64,000 nucleotides of DNA from Amoebidium appalachense. Its lineage: Eukaryota; Protista; Ichthyosporea. The stretch lies in contig CAVNZM010000001.1 in assembly GCA_963693365.1 (NCBI GenBank), forward strand, positions 16,859,840 to 16,923,839, in the 5' to 3' direction. Positions within the stretch are counted from its first letter, which is position 1; each line of letters opens with the position of its first letter. Both the position numbers and the translations under genes were made by a program. Below, in pieces: positions 34,910 through 45,883 of this stretch. Under the pieces are notes generated by a model. The model was not told the DNA's origin and searched no databases. It was given only the letters and a program-made list of their open reading frames with translations.

Positions 34910-37900
34910 CCACTGTTGGACATTGTGTTCATAGAAGCTAGTTCTAGTGCACGTTGTTCCTTCTGTAAGTCAGAAATGATTGCATCTTGTGAGGCCAACC
35001 TCTGCTCCAGTAGTTGGACTAGTTGCTGCAACTGTAAGTTGTCAGACATAGTGTCGTGTATGATGGGTAACTAGTCTATGTGTTTTGTGCACTGGAAACG
35101 ACAGTAGAAAAGTGTAAATCAAACGTTCTGCTTCCCATGTTTGTGACATGGGAGGCACTGCTTTATATAGTCGTTGGCCACCTCATGGTGGCCTCGTGTG
35201 CACCCTGGTGGTGGGCCATGTACAGCATGGCCGAAAAGAGAGCACAATGAAAACAAGTCGTTAAAGATATAAAAGTTAACTGTGCACGTTGAGTGGCTAG
35301 TTAACTTGCACTAAAGCACACAAATAAACGTGTTTAACACACCAATTGCAGTTAAACGTAAATCTTGCTTCACACAACTAAAAATATTCTGAGAATATCC
35401 GGGAATAAAGCACACTACCACTCTAAGAATAGAATCCTGTGGCAAATATAGACATGACATCATCTGAACCGGGAATATTAATTAATGAGCACAATTAGCA
35501 CGTTGCTAGTGAAGCTCGTCATTGGTACAGTTTTGGCTCAAACATATAACTACCATATATGAATATGACCGTAAACAAAAGCTCTATGCACTCGAGTGAG
35601 TGTTGAAACAGTTATTCAATTGCTCAGAAACTTTCTCTAACAGACATTGCTAGCCGGGAGTACCAGTGTACTCCAACACCCCTACTCAATTGGATAATTG
35701 TGGTATGAATTAATGCAACTGAGCTCGAGTGCTTCAGGTGCACAAAATACAGACAATAAAGATTCCCCTACTCAATTTTAGTATGGTACACGTAGTTGCA
35801 CAGTCGGATGCAACTCTCTCCCCCCCCCTGAAGTATGAGGGCGCAGTTGGTTGATGACGGGTGCTCAGCACATGTTGAGCATCCCCACGGCCTTGGTGAA
35901 GAAAGAGGCAGACAGGGCCTTGGTGAACATGTCGGCCTTGTTGTCAGCAGAAGCCACCGGGACCACAGTGATGTTGCCCAGCAGGTGATGTTCCTTGACG
36001 GAGCAGTAGCGGACGTCGATGTGCTTGGTCTTGGGCTTAACCCCCAGGGTGTCCAGCAGGGCCCGGGCAGACTCATTGTCCCCATGGATGGGCACCGGGG
36101 TGGGCTCATTGATAGGATTAAGGCCCAGGTCGTCCATCACATAGTTGAGCCATAGGGCCTCGTTCGTAGCAGCAGACATGGCCACAAATTCAGCCTCAGT
36201 GGAGCTGTGGGTGGTGATGGACTGGAGCCGAGACACCCAGGACACAGGGGAGGAGTTTATGAAGAAGACATAGCCCGTGGTGGAGCGCCGGGTGTCGCGG
36301 TCCTCGGCGTAGTCGGAGTCGGAGTAGCCAACAAGGTTGGGGGGGCCGGGACGGTAGACAATACCCAGGTCGATGGTGGCCAGCAGGTAGCTTACAACTC
36401 TGGTAGCCATAGTCCAGTGGGTGACGGTGGGCGCATGAATGTGTCGAGTAAGGACTCCCAGAGCCTGGGAAATGTCGGGGCGGGTGGTACGCGCAATCCA
36501 CAGCAGGGCACCGACCAGGCTGGCATAGTCCTCCTTCTTGCTGTAGGCTGGGGTCTTGTTGCTTTCACTGGCCTGGCCCGGGACGATGGGGGTCTTGGTG
36601 CCGGACATGTGGGTGAGACGAAAACGGGCAGCCAAGTCGATGATGTGTTGACGATGGCCCAGACGCAGAGACCCGTCCTCCAGCCAGGTAAGAGTGTGCC
36701 CGATGAGCAGGGTAGGACGACCCAGGTCCTTGGCAGAGAAACGAGCATCCAGCTTGGTGAAAAAATCGTCGATGAGCGCATCAGTGGCGGCCGTCACGGT
36801 GAAGTCATCCACGTAGGCAGCAAGGGCAATAAATGTTGGGGTCCCGGCATTCTTGATGAACAGGCACGGGTCAGCAGCACTCACAATGAAGCCTTGGTCG
36901 AGGAGATGGTCACGGAGGGCCTCATACCACTGGCGCGGTGCCTGTTTTAGGCCGTAGAGCGCCTTGTGGAGCAAGCCGACAGCATGGGGGGCCGAGGGGT
37001 TGACGAAGCCAGGGGGCTGCTCAATGTAGATGGTCTCGTTGACGGTGCCGTTGAGGAATGCTGTGTTGACGTCGATGTGGCGCAGAGGCAGACCTTGGGC
37101 CACGGAGGTAGCCAAAACCAGCCGGATGGTAGCCAGCGCAGCCACAGGTGACTCGGTGACGAAATAGTCCTGGCCAGGCTGCTGGTAGTTGCCCCGGGCC
37201 ACAAGCCGGGCCTTGAAAGCAGTGACGTTGCCGACGTTGTCCTGCTTGACCGTAAAGACCCAGCCGACCGGAATGACAGTGGAGCCATCCTCTGGACGGG
37301 GCACAAGGGTGAAGGTGCCGTTGTCTTCCAGGGCCTTGAGCTCACGGTGTGCAGCCTCCTCCCATTTCAGACGCTGGGGACTCTTGAGTGCAGCCCGGAC
37401 AGTCTTGGGGACAACAATGGTGGAAGCCTTGATGGGTGTTGATGCAGGAGCCGTAGCCTGGGGGGCAAGGGGGGCCGTAGCAGCAGCCACGTTGGCAGTC
37501 GGGCCTCGACGTTGGTCGTTGTACACAGCGCCACTACGGGTCGTCCGGGGGAGCCGATGTGCAGGCTCGGGCAGGATCGGAATGTCCAATTGATCACTCG
37601 GCGCTGTCCCATTGGCTGACAGACGAGACGAATCAGATTGCTGATCATTCCGGACGATGTGATTGGCTGGCTGATTTGACGAATCAGATGACTCCAAAAA
37701 ATGATGAATTGCCGGTGCGGTCGACCAATCAGATGGGACATCACGGAGGGGGTGCAGAATAGCAGCCTCGTCGAACTGCACGTCACGGCTGACGGTCATC
37801 TTGTGTGCTGCTGGAATCCAGACCTTGTAGCCCTTGATGTTAGGAGGGTAGCCCACGAAGACGCCCTTGACGGCACGAGGCGCCAGTTTCGGTGTATCCT

Positions 37901-40900
37901 GTTGATGGACGTAGCAGGGAGAGCCCCAGACACGGAGCCGGCTGTAGTCGGGAGGAATGCCGGTCCACAGCAGAGCGGGAGACGATTGGCTGCCGGTGGC
38001 TCGCGACGGGAGCATGTTGCGTATAAAAGCCGCGGTCACAGCTGCCTCGGCCCAGAATCCCACCGGAAGGCCGGACTGCTGCAGGAGTGCCCGAACCATG
38101 TCGAGGAGGGTCCGGTTCAGTCGTTCGGCAGTCCCATTCTGTTGAGGAGAGCCGGTGGTAGTGATCTGATGGCGAATGCCATGCTCACGGTTGTAGTCCC
38201 CGAAGGCCGTGCCCATGTACTCGCCCCCCGTCGGACTGAAACACCTGCATGGGAACACCGTGTTGGGTAACCGCCGCCTTGTGGTACGTCACATATGCAG
38301 CCAGTGTGTCCGACTTCTTGACGAGGGGCACGGCCGTGGTGTGGCCGGTGAATTCGTCGTGGAACGTCGCCAAGTACTGAGCACCACCGATCGCGGGAGG
38401 GAAGGGGCCGCTGATGTCGCTGTGAACCTTGGCTAGGACCCGGGGAGCTTGGCTAGTTGATTCGGAGAAGGCAACACGGTGGGCTTTGCCGAGGGCACAG
38501 GGCTCACACACACCCGGAGACTTGGCACCGCCACCCACCAACAGGCCTGCAGACTTGATGACCGAGCGTACAGCGTCAATGCCAGCATGGCCCAGACGGT
38601 AGTGCCACGTGTTGAGGTCGGCAGTAACCTTGAGGATACGCGGAGCAGTGGTGGTTTGGGCGTCCGGGGTTGTGTCCGCGCGCAGAAGAGACACCGCCAT
38701 GTGGTACAGCTTGGTGCCGACAGCCGAGCCGGTGGCCAGAATTTGATCGCCGTAGCACAACTTAACGCCGCCGCGGGTGTCAAAGCGGGGTAAAACACCG
38801 TTGGTAGTTGCCGTGAACACACTGATGAGAGTGTCGGGGATGGAGGGCACGTAGAGTACATCCGTCAGCTGATGCACCGCAGTAACGCCGTCGATGGTGC
38901 TGGAAAAGAACACGTCGCCCACCCCAAGCACTGCACATGCACCCTTGTCGGCTACTTGGACCGTGGAGTAAGGCGCCGCACGCATGTTGATGAACACATC
39001 GGGCCGGGGGCACACATGGTCAGTGGCTCCAGAGTCGAGGAGCACCTTGTTGGTGCCACAGTCGTTGCTAGACATGAGGAAAGCCCGGGGAGCGGCAGCC
39101 CCCCCCTTGCACTGTGCCGTAGTGTGGGTAGTAGAGGCAGGGTGGTTGATGCAGGACCCAGGCAGGAGGGGACCACCCTTAGGTTTGCGGCCGTTGGCAC
39201 GGTTGCCCCCCTTGCACATGGCGGTAGTGTGACTGGTAGACAGTGGGTGGTTGACGCAGGAACCCTTGGGGTAGGTGCTGGCACGGTTGTTGCCAGAGTT
39301 GCTGTGTTGGCCGTTGCCGTTGGGGCACTGAGACTTGATGTGGCCTGGTTTGCCGCAGCCGTGGCAGATGACAGGTTGAGGAGCCCGTGTGGTGAAGGCG
39401 GCCGGCCCGGAGCTGGTAGTCACACGTGCACGTGGGTGGCTGGTCTCATATGCCCGTAGCTGTTGGAGGAGGCCCATCACGGTAGGCTTGGGTGTCATCT
39501 TGTAGGCAATTACAGGCATTTCGTAGTAAGGCACCTTGCCGAGGTCGTTGGTGAGCTTGGTCAGCACTTGAGCATCACCAATTTGTGTGCCGTAATCGGC
39601 CAGGCGCCGCACGTAGCCGCGGAGTTTCATGGCGTATTTCGTCGCGGTGTCCGTAGGTTCAGGCGTAGAATTCATGTACAGCCCGATAAGGTCGTACTGA
39701 TTGGCCTCAGATTGCTCCAGGTAGTGGGCAGATAGGGCCGACCATATCTCCGCAGGTGTGGTGGTGCGTGTTAACCCTAGGATACAACGCACGTCAATCG
39801 AGAGTGCTTGCCACAGGTAGGAACGGGCAGTGTCGACCTGTTCACGGGTAGCCGGGTGCTCCGTACTGGGCGCGATGGTGTGGAGAAGACCAGCACCAGA
39901 AAGCTGGACATACATGGTTTCGGCCCATGTGTGGTAGTCCGTGCCTGAATCATTATCAATGCCAGTGAAGAGAGGGATGTCGACCTTGAACTTGATGGAA
40001 TCATTACGTGAGGGGCCCATAACCCTGTTGGACATTGTGTTCATAGAAGCTAGTTCTAGTGCACGTTGTTCCTTCTGTAAGTCAGAAATGATTGCATCTT
40101 GTGAGGCCAACCTCTGCTCCAGTAGTTGGACTAGTTGCTGCAACTGTAAGTTGTCAGACATAGTGTCGTGTATGATGGGTAACTAGTCTATGTGTTTTGT
40201 GCACTGGAAACGACAGTAGAAAAGTGTAAATCAAACGTTCTGCTTCCCATGTTTGTGACATGGGAGGCACTGCTTTATATAGTCGTTGGCCACCTCATGG
40301 TGGCCTCGTGTGCACCCTGGTGGTGGGCCATGTACAGCATGGCCGAAAAGAGAGCACAATGAAAACAAGTCGTTAAAGATATAAAAGTTAACTGTGCACG
40401 TTGAGTGGCTAGTTAACTTGCACTAAAGCACACAAATAAACGTGTTTAACACACCAATTGCAGTTAAACGTAAATCTTGCTTCACACAACTAAAAATATT
40501 CTGAGAATATCCGGGAATAAAGCACACTACCACTCTAAGAATAGAATCCTGTGGCAAATATAGACATGACATCATCTGAACCGGGAATATTAATTAATGA
40601 GCACAATTAGCACGTTGCTAGTGAAGCTCGTCATTGGTACAGTTTTGGCTCAAACATATAACTACCATATATGAATATGACCGTAAACAAAAGCTCTATG
40701 CACTCGAGTGAGTGTTGAAACAGTTATTCAATTGCTCAGAAACTTTCTCTAACAGACATTGCTAGCCGGGAGTACCAGTGTACTCCAACACCCACTCCCC
40801 CGCTTACTCCACTAGCTAGCGCTCAATACCATACCTGTTGTTATAATAGTGATAGTATCTAATGCAGTTGTGGTAGAGGTGATTGTTTGTTCCTCTGTAG

Positions 40901-41952
40901 AGGTCGTGATTGTTGTAGACGTCTCTGTTGCCGTAAACTGTGTGGTCACCTGCAGGGACGCTCATGATCAATATCACATCCATCAGATTCCACGCATGAC
41001 ACATGTCGTCATGCATGTATAGTAACCACCGGCTCTTGCTGTATATATGACATCCCAGTTGGGTTTATTTGTCCATGTAAACATGTATGCCGTATGCATG
41101 TGCATGAGCTGGTCGGGATTCTAGCAACGTGCCCGGCAAAAGCCACCTGTCACGCTGGTGAAAGCTTTGAAGAAGTCGGAAGAAACAGAAGAAGAACCGT
41201 GCTATAGGTTTGATTCAGAATGAATCCTGTACAGCTAAATGCATATCCTTTTCGGAACTGAATCTTACCGTAGACGTCGGACCACCGGGCAAGAATGCAG
41301 ATTTACAATACGTGGAGTCGCACTGGTCTTCCCAAGTAGGTGGTTTCCCAAGCCCTCCGGTTGCAGAGGCAGGGCAAATGGACCAAAATTGTTCTGAAAC
41401 TGTGCTGGTCTGTTGCTGCCCGTTAAGAGGAGAAGCCGTTTTTAGGCGAAGGTCATAGGATTTTGGCTGCCCACAAATTGCTTGGTCATAGCCAGAAAAA
41501 CTTGTCTGGGGAGCTACAACTTCTTTTATCGATGCATAGGCGTAAGTGGAGGTGCTTTGACATGTAAGAGTAACAAAAGCGGTCGTGGGGAACACTGTTG
41601 TCTGTTCAGCAACTTCTCTCTTCAAAACTATGCACTGCATGTTGCCCAGGCTTACAGATGCAGAGCCTGATGAAAGAAACAAGCTTATGGAGCTGGTTAT
41701 TAGAGTACCGTCCACGTCAAAGTAGCGCAAGTAGACATCATCGGGGGATATGTCGATGGGGGAGGTGTAAACAGGGTCGTTTAGAGGTGCGATGTTGCAG
41801 ATCTCTACGGAGCTAACCTCATCGTTAACAACGAGGATCTCTGTGAAGGCAATGGGAAGTGTGTAGTCATTATCTGTTGGGCAATTCACAGCGGTGACAA
41901 TGTTGGTGCCGAGCACCTGAAGAATAAAGAGAAGAAGAAGAAAAAACGACAT
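32306..41952 (-). CDS. Thr/Val-rich mucin/flocculin-like protein with a Cys-containing N-terminal globular domain; intron interrupted by Copia
   Basis: Phase-consistent exons on the minus strand: 41952 (or acceptor 41916)-41269, 40949-40835, 34433-34152, 33617-33423, 33169-32972, 32541-32306. The N-terminal domain (IAFTEILVVNDEVSSVEICN...IDIS; loosely lamin-tail-like, several Cys) precedes a long T/V/E stalk. The N-terminus is ambiguous because MSFFLLLLFILQ may be a polypyrimidine tract rather than a signal peptide. Confidence 0.75.
34914..35678 (-). repeat. 3' LTR of Copia element
   Basis: Identical by eye to 40026-40790. Preceded on the minus strand by the polypurine tract ttgagtagggg (35679-35689). 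Confidence 0.97.
35865..38225 (-). CDS. Copia pol, C-terminal part: integrase core end, reverse transcriptase, RNase H
   Basis: GGEY...PQQNGTAERLNRTL (integrase); FKARLVARG, HIDVNTAFLNG, KALYGLKQAPRQW, YVDD (RT); YSDSDYA, SSTEAE, KTKHIDVRY, ADMFTKAL (RNase H). Confidence 0.96.
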   Translation of the reverse strand, partial: GEYMGTAFGDYNREHGIRHQITTTGSPQQNGTAERLNRTLLDMVRALLQQSGLPVGFWAEAAVTAAFIRNMLPSRATGSQSSPALLWTGIPPDYSRLRVWGSPCYVHQQDTPKLAPRAVKGVFVGYPPNIKGYKVWIPAAHKMTVSRDVQFDEAAILHPLRDVPSDWSTAPAIHHFLESSDSSNQPANHIVRNDQQSDSSRLSANGTAPSDQLDIPILPEPAHRLPRTTRSGAVYNDQRRGPTANVAAATAPLAPQATAPASTPIKASTIVVPKTVRAALKSPQRLKWEEAAHRELKALEDNGTFTLVPRPEDGSTVIPVGWVFTVKQDNVGNVTAFKARLVARGNYQQPGQDYFVTESPVAALATIRLVLATSVAQGLPLRHIDVNTAFLNGTVNETIYIEQPPGFVNPSAPHAVGLLHKALYGLKQAPRQWYEALRDHLLDQGFIVSAADPCLFIKNAGTPTFIALAAYVDDFTVTAATDALIDDFFTKLDARFSAKDLGRPTLLIGHTLTWLEDGSLRLGHRQHIIDLAARFRLTHMSGTKTPIVPGQASESNKTPAYSKKEDYASLVGALLWIARTTRPDISQALGVLTRHIHAPTVTHWTMATRVVSYLLATIDLGIVYRPGPPNLVGYSDSDYAEDRDTRRSTTGYVFFINSSPVSWVSRLQSITTHSSTEAEFVAMSAATNEALWLNYVMDDLGLNPINEPTPVPIHGDNESARALLDTLGVKPKTKHIDVRYCSVKEHHLLGNITVVPVASADNKADMFTKALSASFFTKAVGMLNMC
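38226..40161 (-). CDS. Copia gag-protease-integrase N-terminal part (joined to pol across a frameshift in a G6 run)
   Basis: CCHC knuckle CHGCGKPGHIKSQC; protease LLDSGATDH; WHYRLGH...CEPCALGK integrase zinc motif; VHSDISGP; ends VFQSDGG at the frameshift. The ATG lies inside the 5' LTR. Confidence 0.95.
40013..40024 (-). promoter_or_regulatory. Primer-binding site of half-tRNA-iMet type
   Basis: GGTTATGGGCCC one base after the 5' LTR. This is the internal tRNA-iMet PBS known from Drosophila copia-like elements. Confidence 0.88.
40026..40790 (-). repeat. 5' LTR of Copia element
   Basis: 765 bp, TG...CA, with 7-bp terminal inverted repeats. TATATAAA lies on the minus strand at 40274-40281, ~113 bp upstream of the gag ATG. 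Confidence 0.97.
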
Positions 41953-44418
41953 TTTCTGGAGTCTTGAGCGGTACGTATGTATACCCCCGGCTACAGCTTT
42001 TAACCGTTGCGTTTAATTTCACGTGCACGGTGCGCCCTGGAATATTTTCGCTCATGTATATATCCTGCGTGTACGCTATTAGCAAAGCCAATACTCAACT
42101 TAGCCCTGGTTTTTTAAGAGTTCAAAGAGTTTGTAAAGGGGATAATTCGATACAGAATTGTGAGACACGTGAAGTTTTGAGACTGGGCGAACACGGGAAC
42201 GCCTTTTATAGCCAGAGTGCGTAGTTGCCATAAATGGGTTTTTGAGTGACGGGGTTTTGATTGGATTAGTTTCTGGCTAAAGTGCGCGTTTGTCCAATCG
42301 GAACACACATGAAAATTAGAAATTTCTGCAGCGCTCCACTGGTGCGCAGCTGATGCTCTGCAGCACCTGCCGCCAACTGCTAAGCTCAACTGCTGCCGGC
42401 AACGTCAAGTCTTTAGAACTCTGTTTTCGTTCATCCACCTCAAGAAACAAAAAGCTAAGAAGAATAGACTTCCAATTTTTAAGATCAATTAAGGAGAGAA
42501 GCACAATAACAGTATAGCATGTGTTGAATTGTATTTTGACTTTCGAAACTTCAAACTGGGCTCCAATGCGCTAATTTGGATGCATGCTCTGGTTAAATAA
42601 TCGTGACTCGAAGGTGCTGCTTGAGTTCATTTTGAAGTGATGATCAAACACGAAAAGAAGAGTGTGGGAATTTCTGGGAATCGAGCAACTGTTTTGCGCA
42701 AACTTGGTGGTTCGTGATCTTCAACTATGGCGTATATATCAATGCGGCCCTGTGCTTATCAGAGCAATATCAACACGCATTGCAAGTATCCGAATCTTAA
42801 TTTTGAGCTCGAGGGTGCAAGGGGTGTGTGTGTGCGTGTGCGTGCGTGTGCAGTGTGTGCAGTGTGTGCGTTAGTGCGTGCGTGCGCGCGTGTGTGTGTG
42901 TGTGCGCGCGTGTACGTATGTATGCGTGTGTGTGTGTGCACATGTGTGTGTGCGTGCGTGTGCGGGCGTGCGTGCTTTGTGTGCACGTGTGTATGTGTGT
43001 GTGTGTATGTGTTTGTGTGTACATGCATATATGCTTGCTCGGTTGTCTGTGTGCGCGTGCGTATGTTTGTGGTTGTGTGTGTTTGTGTGTCTTTGTGTGT
43101 GTGCGTGTGTGTACATGTGTGTGTGCGCGCGCGTGTGTGTGTACGTGTGTGTGCGCGGTGTGTGCATGCGTGCGTGCATGATGTGTGTGCGTGTGTGCGT
43201 GTTTCAGTATTTGTGATAAGGTCTGTGATAAATGCGTTCTGTTTCCCTGTGCTCTGTGTACTGTACACATGTTTGTGTGTTGCTCAAATAATTCTAAAAC
43301 CGTATGCGCGGTGGACATGTACATGCGTATCTGCTTGTTTTCACTTCGGTGTTTGTTCACGTGTACTACACACAGTTTTTTTTTTTTGGACAAGATGCGT
43401 GGGTACGTACGTGTGCTTCCCGCTTTGGGGAGGCAGATGGATATACGTATCTGGGAAAAACAGACAATATCAACTACTACTCTGTGTTTGAACAGGACAC
43501 CCCGTCCCGAAAAGCCTGCCCCCCCCTCCCCCCCCCCCCCCCCCCCCCCCCCTCCTCCCCCCGCCACCCCCCCACCCCCCCCCCCCCCACCCTGTTGTAT
43601 AAAAGTGATCGTGTGTCCGTGACAAACAATATATTTGTAAATGAACGGGGTTGACTAGACCACGCTTTGCTAAGTTACGTGCTAGTCCTACTTACACCTA
43701 GTAAGCCGAGCACACTGAGTGAGCTCTGAAGCCCCCGACATGCCCTTATATCGGAGCTCGCACAGCGGCTCAGACATGCGCATCGGTATGTCCTTTTTGG
43801 CTACGAGAGCCAATCACATACGGTTTACGGTTCTGTCCCATCATCCATGGCTATCACGGTTCCAATAAACTTAGTGAGCCAATCGGATGACAGTACTTGA
43901 CTAGCGATGCATTCCACAGTCATACCTCACGGCTACTTGCATATTTTCCCATGATAAAACTATAACTTAACGCTCATGGTTCCTCTACTACGTGTCGGTC
44001 CCATGTGACTATTATATCTGTTTTTCCCATGAATAATCCTGCAAGCTGCACGTGCACATATGTTTAACTCCATGCTCATGCGCACAAGACTGGGGGGGAC
44101 ATGCATACTGGCCTACCTCAGATCAAACACAGTGGTATATATGCATGTACACGTGCGCGTATATCTCAACCTGTGTACATCCATACTAGATATCCGGTAT
44201 AATATACCACACACCCCCCCCCACCCCCGCGCCCCCCCCCTCCCTGGGGTCCAATACGAGAAGGGGACGGGAGGCCTCGGGAGAGGGGGGGGGGGGGGGA
44301 CAAGAGCGGGAGTTATCATGGAGGGAGAGCTTCTGAATCAGGGCTACATAGTATTGGACCCCAGGGGGAGAGGGGGGGGGGAGGGGGGGGGGGTTGGCGG
44401 AGGAGGGGGGTGGGGGAA

Positions 44419-44461
<43 letters not shown>

Positions 44462-45487
44462 GGAGGGGTGAACATGGGGCGGGGTACTTCAGAACAGCAA
44501 GAGAGCGCTTCTCAAAGGTGCGCCCGCGCCGGTTGAAGGCGCGCTACGTATGCTATACACGAGCACGTTCAAATTTCAAGCTCTTTGCACCAAGAATGAC
44601 AAGAAGGGGGCGAGGGGGGGTGGGGGGTGGGGGGTTGATAATTAACGGTTAAACTATGAGGCTCAGTGTCTAACCAGCTTGTCTAACCATAGAAAATTGA
44701 AGCACGAAAGCAAGCAGTTTTGTTGATGGACTTGCGGAGGTGCACCAGGTGGTGAGTCACTGAGGAGGTTCGGTCTTTTGCGCGCGCACTTGCCATATAT
44801 AGTTATTTTTTTAAGATGTTTGAGAAAGTACAAATCATTGTTATTGGTTATTGGTCATGCAATTCTAAATTCTCATTGCCAAGTGCGCTAAGATCCAATA
44901 GGAAGGCTTCCGTTTGTGTGTGGTCTGCCAGGCTGGCCAGCCCACATTCCACAGCACATGAGGTTGACAACATTTGTGACAACAACGTATATTCCCTTAT
45001 AGATATTCGGATAAATTTTGATATGCTCTTGGCTCAAAGATGCAGGCCCACCCACGTATACATACACAGTGAGCGGCCTTTTATAAAATACAATAGTAGA
45101 GTTTACGTTTCGGCGAAAACTTTCGACGACACACGTCCTAGTGTTGATTGGTGAATGGTGATCAAGCTTTACCAAATATGGTGTGGTGGCTTTGGAACGT
45201 CTCTATCCAATGGTCATGTCAGACAGTCAGACTTGAACAAATACCTAGAACAAAGTTGAACTTGCAACCAGTTTGCGCAGTACAGTACTCGAAGTCAAAG
45301 CGGCGTTCGGGCAACGTTGAGTATGTACATACACGTGTACACAGCCTTTTTTAATTCTTACCCTTGAAAGGCGAGCTATGATGGTATTGTATGACAGTTC
45401 GTGTTCCTGCTTTCTGTGCATTTGACCCAAATTCAGTGGTCACCAACTACCCCACCATCCAGCATCGTAAACCCCCACCCACCGAAC

Positions 45488-45827
45488 ATGTCCTCCGCAC
45501 TTCTTGCCGAGTCTTTAGCGCTGCCCTGCGGGGCTGTTCTCCCCAACCGTCTAGCCAAGGCCGCGCTGACCGAGGGACTTGCTGACCCACTCTCCCGCCC
45601 GGACGCGCGCCTACAGACCCTCTATCGTGCGTGGTCGCAAGGTGGGGCAGGACTGGTCATCACTGGAAACGTGCAGGTGCGTGTGGGTTTAGGGTTGCTA
45701 AAGGGTGCGGAAGTAGGAAGACACAACCAGATGGCCCTGTGGATTTAAAAGAGAATCAGTCGTTTTGGGTCGTCGAGAAAGCAGGACAAATACCCTTGAG
45801 ACCGATGGAAAAGCGGGTAGTGGTTTC

Positions 45828-45883
<56 letters not shown>

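Larger units (their letters stand above)
34914..40790 (-). mobile_element. Full-length Ty1/Copia LTR retrotransposon (5877 bp)
   Basis: Two 765-bp LTRs with TGTTGGA...TCCAACA ends and a 5-bp TSD CCCAC (34909-34913, 40791-40795). PBS, PPT and the gag-PR-IN-RT-RH domain order are all present. Confidence 0.98.

Noticed and set aside
34804-35049. 81-aa ORF identical to the Gag N-terminus as a separate gene
   Set aside because: It is the 3' LTR copy of the gag start reading into a flanking G tract.
36207-39459. Plus-strand ORFs antisense to Copia gag-pol
   Set aside because: These are shadow ORFs expected from GC-rich codon usage on the coding strand, with no motifs.
42825-43200. Long Cys/Val-rich ORFs resembling metallothionein or keratin-associated proteins
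   Set aside because: Degenerate (GT)/(GC) microsatellite; the same pattern recurs in introns throughout the window.
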